Of a DNA stretch of 39,752 nucleotides, positions 33,728-39,752 are shown piece by piece. Source of the DNA: Clostridia bacterium (lineage in GTDB: Bacteria > Bacillota > Clostridia > UMGS1883); NCBI GenBank assembly GCA_051866635.1, contig JBJDXJ010000030.1:1-39752 (forward strand), given 5' to 3'. Under the pieces are notes generated by a model. It saw nothing but the letters and a program-made list of their open reading frames with translations. It did not search any database and had not been told where the DNA came from. The translations under genes and the position numbers were made by a program. Position 1 is the stretch's first letter. The number at the start of each line of letters is the position of its first letter.

Positions 33728-36376
33728 TTACTTATAAAGATATTCGTAAAGACGAACTACGATTGTAGCTACAGTCTGACGGTTCACATAGTTCTTGGGA
33801 CAGAACTTGTTAAACTGGTCACCTGTCATAATTCCCGCCTGATTAACAGCCGCTACAGCATCCTTTGCCCAAGTAGAAATCTGAGGAGAATCAACATATC
33901 CATAATACTTTATAGAGCTTGTATCAAGTTTGATAATGTTTGAAATCATAACTGCAATTTCTTCACGGTTGATTAAATCATTGGGGTTAAATGTTACGCT
34001 TGTCTTACCGTTTACATAACCTGCTCCATATGCAGCCATTACAGCACCGTAATGCCAATCAGTAGGCTTAACATCTGCAAATACCTGACTATAGTTTTCC
34101 GCAGTTGTGTCAAGACCGAGAATTCTGCAAATAATTGTTGTGAATTCAGCTCTTGTGATTTCACGAAGGGGTTCAAAGTATCCGTAAGTTGTACCCTTCA
34201 TCAATCCATATTCATAAGCCTTTTCAACGTTGGGAACAGCCCACCAGTCAAAGTTTGTGTCGGGGTAAAGATAACTCTGGGGTTCCTTACCGTTGTTTGA
34301 AGGAAGAAGGTTAGGGTCTGTGGGAGTTGTGGGATCCTTATAATCTCCTTCGGTCCAACCTGTAGTTTTATCTTCTTCTTTCTTATCGTCGTCAGGTGTT
34401 ACAACCCAACCGTCATCATTTTTATTATTATTTTTTTCATCTTCTTCAACCCAAACACGGTCATCTTCATCTTTTGAACTTGAAGAACTTGAAGAGCTTG
34501 ACGAACTCGAAGAGCTTGAAGAGCTTGACGAACTTGAGGAACTTGAAGACTTGGAAGTACCTGTATACTTAAGGTCAGCACTGCCTAAAACAGCATAGGG
34601 ACAATAATCATCCTTAACACTAACCTGCTCACCCCAGGAAAGTGTGTATGTGCCCTTGTAATCAACTACGGGAAGAGTAACTCTACCATCACTGTTTGTT
34701 GTAAGAGCCTTGGCAATGTCGTCACCTTCAAAATACACTGCAAAACGCTTCAAAGGTTCTGTCTTGTCTTCATCTGAATAGAAGTATACATATACTGTTT
34801 CATCAGTTTCAAGTTCACCGTCGATTGTATAGTATACCGTGGCAACAGTATCTTCATCACCGAAGTAGAAAAGAATTTCATCATCGTTAAAGATTTCTAC
34901 TGTTTCAAGATCTACATCAGGGCCGTAAACCGTTCCATTTACGCAAACATACCAAGCAGAATCATCAGTAAGGTCACCGTTTTCATTACTGTAACCGCTT
35001 GTACTCTTAAGCTCAATAGCTTCAAAGTTGTCTTTTCTGCTGTTAAGGTCATAGTCCAATTTCTTAGCATCAAACACTTCCATTGCAAAGTTAAGAAGGT
35101 CATATTCTGAAATCTTAGAAGACTTTGTCTTTGCAAGAAGTGTCTTATGAGCACCTTCAACTGTTACATATGCGGCAGTTGTGCCATCTCTTTCCACCTT
35201 GATGTCAAGTTCACGGGAAACTGAAAGGATAGGCTTTGAGCTTGTCTGATAGCCTGATACCAACAAAGTACCGCCCTGGTATGTGGAAATAAAGGAAGAG
35301 CTTACAGTTATTTTATACTCACCGTCAGCGTTAGTAGTACCGCCTGTTTTAGTTGTGGACTTTCTCTTATAGAAGTAAGCCTTTGCACCCTTTATAGGAT
35401 CACCATTCTGATCTGTAACTGTTACAACTACACTTTCACCGAGTGCAATCACATCATCTTTTCCGGCTGTGATTGTAACATTAGGATAAATCATTATTTC
35501 AGGATCACCAAAGTAAAGAACGATTTCATCGCCGTCTGAAACTTCCATATCTTCCATGGACACACCGGGATAAGCCTTACCGTTTACAAAGTAGCTCCAT
35601 TCGCAATCCTGGAAATACTTTGTGTTTGATGAGCTTGTACCATAATGGTCTTTAAGATATGTAGTACCTGTTGCTGTAGTAGCAATACGGTCAATCTTGT
35701 CTTTTGCACTATTAAGTCTGTATGAACGACCTGCTTCGGAAAGGACATATTCTGCAACACCTAAAACAGTTGCTTCGTCAACCTTTTTAAGAACAACTGT
35801 TGTCTTGTCAATGTAACGGTCTGTAGTACCCTCAATCCAGATTGTAACCTTACCGTCAGTATTGCCGGGAGTTACAGGTGTGGAAGAGTCCTTCTTTATA
35901 ATAAATGAAGTTTCTGAAACTGTACCTTCAGGGTCATGAAGGCTCCATACTTTTACAGTATATTCCGCACCTTCTGTTGCTTTCTTAAGCTGTAATTCAG
36001 AAGCTTCAAACTTTTCGTTTTTTACCGGTACAGTGTCCTCAAAGTTAACACCATCTTCTGCACAAACGATTGAAACAACAACTGTTGTAACATTTCCTGT
36101 AACAGAACCCTTAACTGTTACTGCATCGTTGGGATAATAGTTACTATCAACATCAATTATGATAGTATCCTCAACAATAACAACATCATCGTCATCTTCT
36201 TCTGTAGTAGTTTCTTCAGAAGGATTTGTTTCTTCATCGGTAGCTTCTGTTAACTCAGCCGCCTCCATTACTTCTGCCTCTGTATCATCATCTGCCAATT
36301 CAGCGAAAACACTTACTGAACATACAGATAAAACCATACACATGGAAAGAAGCAATGCTAATAATTTCTTTACCAT
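33728..36376 (-). CDS. Large S-layer-homology surface protein with two DUF4430-like domains, Ig-like domains and a poly-Ser linker
   Basis: Signal peptide, acidic N-terminus, two V.IEG...W...VNG...DGDEI.LYFG modules, 25xSer, three C-terminal SLH repeats (ITRAEF, INREE, VNRQ). Confidence 0.85.
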   Translation of the reverse strand: MVKKLLALLLSMCMVLSVCSVSVFAELADDDTEAEVMEAAELTEATDEETNPSEETTTEEDDDDVVIVEDTIIIDVDSNYYPNDAVTVKGSVTGNVTTVVVSIVCAEDGVNFEDTVPVKNEKFEASELQLKKATEGAEYTVKVWSLHDPEGTVSETSFIIKKDSSTPVTPGNTDGKVTIWIEGTTDRYIDKTTVVLKKVDEATVLGVAEYVLSEAGRSYRLNSAKDKIDRIATTATGTTYLKDHYGTSSSNTKYFQDCEWSYFVNGKAYPGVSMEDMEVSDGDEIVLYFGDPEIMIYPNVTITAGKDDVIALGESVVVTVTDQNGDPIKGAKAYFYKRKSTTKTGGTTNADGEYKITVSSSFISTYQGGTLLVSGYQTSSKPILSVSRELDIKVERDGTTAAYVTVEGAHKTLLAKTKSSKISEYDLLNFAMEVFDAKKLDYDLNSRKDNFEAIELKSTSGYSNENGDLTDDSAWYVCVNGTVYGPDVDLETVEIFNDDEILFYFGDEDTVATVYYTIDGELETDETVYVYFYSDEDKTEPLKRFAVYFEGDDIAKALTTNSDGRVTLPVVDYKGTYTLSWGEQVSVKDDYCPYAVLGSADLKYTGTSKSSSSSSSSSSSSSSSSSSSSSSSSSKDEDDRVWVEEDEKNNNKNDDGWVVTPDDDKKEEDKTTGWTEGDYKDPTTPTDPNLLPSNNGKEPQSYLYPDTNFDWWAVPNVEKAYEYGLMKGTTYGYFEPLREITRAEFTTIICRILGLDTTAENYSQVFADVKPTDWHYGAVMAAYGAGYVNGKTSVTFNPNDLINREEIAVMISNIIKLDTSSIKYYGYVDSPQISTWAKDAVAAVNQAGIMTGDQFNKFCPKNYVNRQTVATIVVRLYEYLYK
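34475..34549 (-). repeat. 9-bp-period repeat (TCN-TCR-AGY) encoding 25 consecutive serines
   Basis: Read directly from the sequence. Confidence 0.9.
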
Positions 36377-36430
36377 AAAAATACCCTCCTCATAGGATTA
36401 AAAATTAACAAGATAAGAATTACCTTTTAT

Positions 36431-36459
36431 AGTATAACACAATAAAAGCAAGATTTCAA
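36431..36459 (-). promoter_or_regulatory. Sigma-A promoter of the large SLH gene
   Basis: Minus strand TTGAAA-17 bp-TATACT with TG. Confidence 0.6.
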
Positions 36460-36513
36460 CCACAAAATGTAGTCGATGTCTTATATCTTCTCCCATATAT
36501 AATACTTTTTACA

Positions 36514-36550
36514 ATTTAAAAAAGTTGCACTAAATTGCAACTTTTTAAAA
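36514..36550 (-). terminator. Terminator of the dnaK-dnaJ-prmA-rsmE operon
   Basis: AAAAAGTTGCA-ctaaat-TGCAACTTTTT immediately after the rsmE stop. Confidence 0.7.
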
Positions 36551-37276
36551 CTATTCCATATCGCCTGACAGATAAAGGCATATCGCCGATGCAACAAGTC
36601 CTGCCGTTTCTGTACGCAGTATTCTTTTTCCTAAGGTGACCCTTTCAATACCTGCATTTTCGGCTTTTTCTACTTCTTCTTTTTCAAAACCCCCTTCGGG
36701 ACCTATCATAATTCCCAAAGTGGTTATACCTTCTTTCAGTGAATTCCCTATTTTGCCGTCTTTTTCACATTCGTAAGGGATAATTCCACAGTCACACTTT
36801 TTCATCATTTCAAGTGCTTCATCAAAGCTCACAGGGTCTGCAATCTTTGGTATGTAAGATCTTCCGCATTGTTTCGCCGCTTCAAAAGCAATGCGACGAA
36901 GTCTTTCCATCTTTGACTCCTTATCAATTTTTGCAACAATCCGTTTTGTGTTTACGGGTACAATTTCCACAACACCAAGCTCCGTTGCTTTTTGTATAAT
37001 CAAATCCATTTTAGGATTTTTCGGTATACCCTGAAACAGTGTAATTCTAAGCTTTGGTTCTGTTTGAGAAGCATATCTTTTTTTAACTTCAACAAAAACA
37101 CTTTTTCCTTCAATTTTTTCAATCACACCGTCGGCACAGTTGCCCTCACCGTCAAAAACAGTAAGACTTTCACCCTCCTTCATTCGGAGGACCTTTATAA
37201 TATGGTTAGCCTCTTCCCCTTCAATAACAATGGGGTTTTTACAAAAAGCTTCTTTTTCGGCAAAAAAGTTAGCCAT
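36551..37276 (-). CDS. rsmE: 16S rRNA m3U1498 methyltransferase RsmE
   Basis: HIIKVLRM, QKATELGV, EAAKQCGR, IGPEGGF, LGKRILRTETA. Confidence 0.96.
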   Translation of the reverse strand: MANFFAEKEAFCKNPIVIEGEEANHIIKVLRMKEGESLTVFDGEGNCADGVIEKIEGKSVFVEVKKRYASQTEPKLRITLFQGIPKNPKMDLIIQKATELGVVEIVPVNTKRIVAKIDKESKMERLRRIAFEAAKQCGRSYIPKIADPVSFDEALEMMKKCDCGIIPYECEKDGKIGNSLKEGITTLGIMIGPEGGFEKEEVEKAENAGIERVTLGKRILRTETAGLVASAICLYLSGDME

Positions 37277-37288
37277 AATAATCTCCTC

Positions 37289-38242
37289 TTATCTGCACAC
37301 AAATGCGTACCAGTCACCGTCGTGCTTTATCTCTAATATTTCAAAACCGTTTTTCAAAAGAGCATCTTGCACTTCTTCCATTCTGAAATCAATAATGCCT
37401 GAGCAGATAAAATATCCGTCATTTGTCATAAAGTTTCTCACCTTTTCAGAAAGAGGGATTATAACATCTGCCACAATATTTGCAACGACAATATGGTATT
37501 TTTCATCGGAAAGCTTTTTGCAAAGGCTTTCGTCTGTTAATACATTGCCACATTCTACAGTATAAACATCTTTTCCCACGTTATTAAGTGCCGCATTTTC
37601 ATATGCAATCTTTGGTGAATTAGGGTCAATATCGACAGCATAAGCATATCCTGCACCTAAAAGAAGTGAAATAACAGACAAAATACCGCTTCCGCAGCCT
37701 AAATCAGCCACTCTGTCGCCTTTATTTACAAGCTTTTCCAAAGCTTCAACGCACATTCTTGTAGTTTCATGCTGACCTGAACCGAAGGTCATACCGGGGT
37801 CAATTTCAAACACCAACTTGCCTTTAGCGTCACAAACTTCTTCCCAGTGTGGCTTTATAATAATATTATCACCTACATATAAGGGTTTAAAGTACTGTCT
37901 CCAGTTATTCTCCCAATCTTCCTGAGCCATATTGCCAATTGTTACATCCAAACTTCCCACATCTTCGCACTTTATCTGCTCCAATGCACTTTTTATAGCA
38001 GAAAGTATTTCGGGAGCAAGGCTATTTTCTTCGATGTATGTTTTAACCTTTGTAGGACCTTGCTTTTCCTTGTACAAATCCTCGTCAACATAGTCCCAAA
38101 ACTCTTTATTTTCTTCTAAAAAGGTATTGAAGTCGTCCTTATCCTCTATTTCAAAGCCTTCTATGCCAACCTTAGATAAGGCATCACATACACTGTCAAT
38201 GCCTTCTTTAGTAGTTTCAATGGAAATCTGAAGCCAGTTCAT
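37289..38242 (-). CDS. prmA: Ribosomal protein L11 methyltransferase PrmA
   Basis: EDWENNWRQYFKP, IDPGMTFGSGQHETT, DLGCGSGILS, VANIVADVI, SGII. Confidence 0.96.
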   Translation of the reverse strand: MNWLQISIETTKEGIDSVCDALSKVGIEGFEIEDKDDFNTFLEENKEFWDYVDEDLYKEKQGPTKVKTYIEENSLAPEILSAIKSALEQIKCEDVGSLDVTIGNMAQEDWENNWRQYFKPLYVGDNIIIKPHWEEVCDAKGKLVFEIDPGMTFGSGQHETTRMCVEALEKLVNKGDRVADLGCGSGILSVISLLLGAGYAYAVDIDPNSPKIAYENAALNNVGKDVYTVECGNVLTDESLCKKLSDEKYHIVVANIVADVIIPLSEKVRNFMTNDGYFICSGIIDFRMEEVQDALLKNGFEILEIKHDGDWYAFVCR

Positions 38243-38260
38243 AAATTTCTCTCCTAATTT

Positions 38261-39403
38261 TTATCTGTTAAAGTAATCTTTAATTTTACTGCCCCACTTT
38301 TTCTGCTGGTTATAGTTCTTGTCGTTTGTTTCTTCAGCAAACTTCATAAGAGCATCCCTTTGCTTTGGTGTAAGATTTTTTGGGGTTTCCACATTCACTG
38401 TGATATACATATCACCTCTGCCGCTTCCGTTAGGATAAGGAATACCCACACCTCTCATCTTAAACTTTGTACCTGTCTGTGTACCTTCGGGTATATTCTG
38501 CGTTTTTTTGCCATCCAAGGTGGGAACCTCCAAATCACAACCCAAGGTTGCCTGAACAAAGCTGATGGGAACATTGATGTAAACATCATAATCGTCCCTT
38601 TCAAAAATGGGATGACGTTTTATGTTTATTGTAACGTATAAATCACCGTTTGGTCCGCCGTTTTCACCGGCATCACCTTTTCCCCTTACTCTTACAGACT
38701 GTGAATCATTGACACCCTGAGGAATATTAATTGTAATTTTATCGGAAAGCCTTGATTTACCTGTACCCTGACAAACTGTGCACCTTTCCCTTATAACCTG
38801 ACCCTTACCGCGACATTCGGGACATGTTGTATTTGTCTGCATCTGTCCAAAGGGGGTATTCTGTACACTTCTTATCTGACCTCTGCCATTGCAACGTGTA
38901 CATGTTTCGGGGTGAGTCCCCTCCTTTGCACCGCTACCGCCGCAGGCAGAACAGTTTTCCAGTCTTGAAACCCTTACATCCTTCTTACATCCAAAAGCGG
39001 CTTCTTCAAATGTAAGGTCTATATGTGCACGTATATCACGTCCCTTTTGGGGTGCGTTTTTACGGCTCGAGCCTCCACCGAAGCCACCGAAACCGCCGCC
39101 GAAAAACGAGCCGAAAATATCCCCCATATCGCCCATATCAAAGCCGTCAAATCCACCGGTGCCGCCTGCACTTCCGTCTACGCCTGCATGGCCGAATTGG
39201 TCATACCTTGCCTTTTTGTCGCTGTCTGACAATACGGAGTAAGCCTCGCCCACTTCTTTAAACTTTTCAGCCGCTTCCGGATTATCCTTGTTAAGGTCAG
39301 GATGGTACTGCTTTGCCAGCTTTCTGTACGCTTTTTTTATTTCATCGGCACTTGCATTTTTGTCAACGCCTAAAACTTCATAATAATCTCTTTTATTTGC
39401 CAA
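38261..39403 (-). CDS. dnaJ: Chaperone DnaJ
   Basis: J-domain with HPD, G/F region, four CxxCxGxG repeats. TTG start at 39403 follows GAGGTG. Confidence 0.97.
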   Translation of the reverse strand: MANKRDYYEVLGVDKNASADEIKKAYRKLAKQYHPDLNKDNPEAAEKFKEVGEAYSVLSDSDKKARYDQFGHAGVDGSAGGTGGFDGFDMGDMGDIFGSFFGGGFGGFGGGSSRKNAPQKGRDIRAHIDLTFEEAAFGCKKDVRVSRLENCSACGGSGAKEGTHPETCTRCNGRGQIRSVQNTPFGQMQTNTTCPECRGKGQVIRERCTVCQGTGKSRLSDKITINIPQGVNDSQSVRVRGKGDAGENGGPNGDLYVTINIKRHPIFERDDYDVYINVPISFVQATLGCDLEVPTLDGKKTQNIPEGTQTGTKFKMRGVGIPYPNGSGRGDMYITVNVETPKNLTPKQRDALMKFAEETNDKNYNQQKKWGSKIKDYFNR

Positions 39404-39429
39404 AATGGTCACCTCATATTACGCACGAG

Positions 39430-39453
39430 AGAGTCGGGCAACTGCCCGACTCT
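39430..39453 (-). other. GC-rich hairpin in the dnaK-dnaJ spacer (partial terminator or mRNA stabiliser)
   Basis: AGAGTCGGGC-aact-GCCCGACTCT, perfect 10-bp stem, no strong U-tract. Confidence 0.6.
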
Positions 39454-39468
39454 TCCGCTTGTATTAAA

Positions 39469-39752
39469 TTACTGCTGATCGTCCTGTGTAAATTCAGCGT
39501 CATATACGCCGTCCTGACCGGGAGCACCTGTATTGGGCATTCCGTCCTGACCGGGCTGCTGATAAATCTTAGGTGCAATTTCGTAGAACTTCTTAGTAAG
39601 TTCATCTACACTGCTTTTGATAAGTTCCATATCAGTACCCTTAAGTGCTTCTTTCACCTTGTCGATTTCAGCCTGAATACCTGCCTTTTCTTCCTCTGTA
39701 ATCTTATCGCCTACTTCGCCTAAAGCCTTTTCGCACTGGTAAACCATCTGGT
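39469..39752 (-). CDS. dnaK: Chaperone DnaK, C-terminal part (5' end outside the window)
   Basis: VYQCEKAL...GDKI...K..I......LK..D...IK....L...FY.....IYQ...DGVYDAEF; upstream of dnaJ. Confidence 0.92.
   Translation of the reverse strand, partial: QMVYQCEKALGEVGDKITEEEKAGIQAEIDKVKEALKGTDMELIKSSVDELTKKFYEIAPKIYQQPGQDGMPNTGAPGQDGVYDAEFTQDDQQ

Noticed and set aside
34475-34549. Poly-Ser tract as a phase-variation switch
   Set aside because: Codons are mixed and the 9-bp period keeps frame, so it is a linker rather than a slippage switch.

Overview
A low-GC window from an apparently spore-forming Clostridia-type chromosome, mostly on the minus strand and mostly housekeeping. Core genes: dnaK(partial)-dnaJ-prmA-rsmE, feoA-feoB plus a small Cys-rich feo partner missing from the ORF track, queH-MATE, tRNA-Leu(CAG), galK, radA-ymfI-like SDR, lon-engB, an HtrA protease and maf-mreB-mreC-mreD-mrdA(partial). 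A large cell-surface block holds an SLH protein with two DUF4430-like domains and a 25-Ser linker. Next to it is a tightly packed 7-gene operon: lipoprotein, cohesin-like/SLH protein, NfeD, SPFH, YfhO-like GT-C, GT2 and GtrA. No CRISPR array, integrase, transposase or prophage is visible. The most unusual signals are: (i) a compact H-type pseudoknot in the 5' leader of tRNA-Leu; (ii) a GTGAAAT/ATTTCAC heptamer plus mini-hairpin array, with a possible four-helix-bundle gene relic, just downstream of that tRNA; (iii) a ~155-bp nested inverted-repeat (MITE-like) element after galK; (iv) a divergent MreB lacking the usual catalytic Glu; and (v) the surface/flotillin/glycosylation operon. All family calls come from motif recognition by eye, not database searches.
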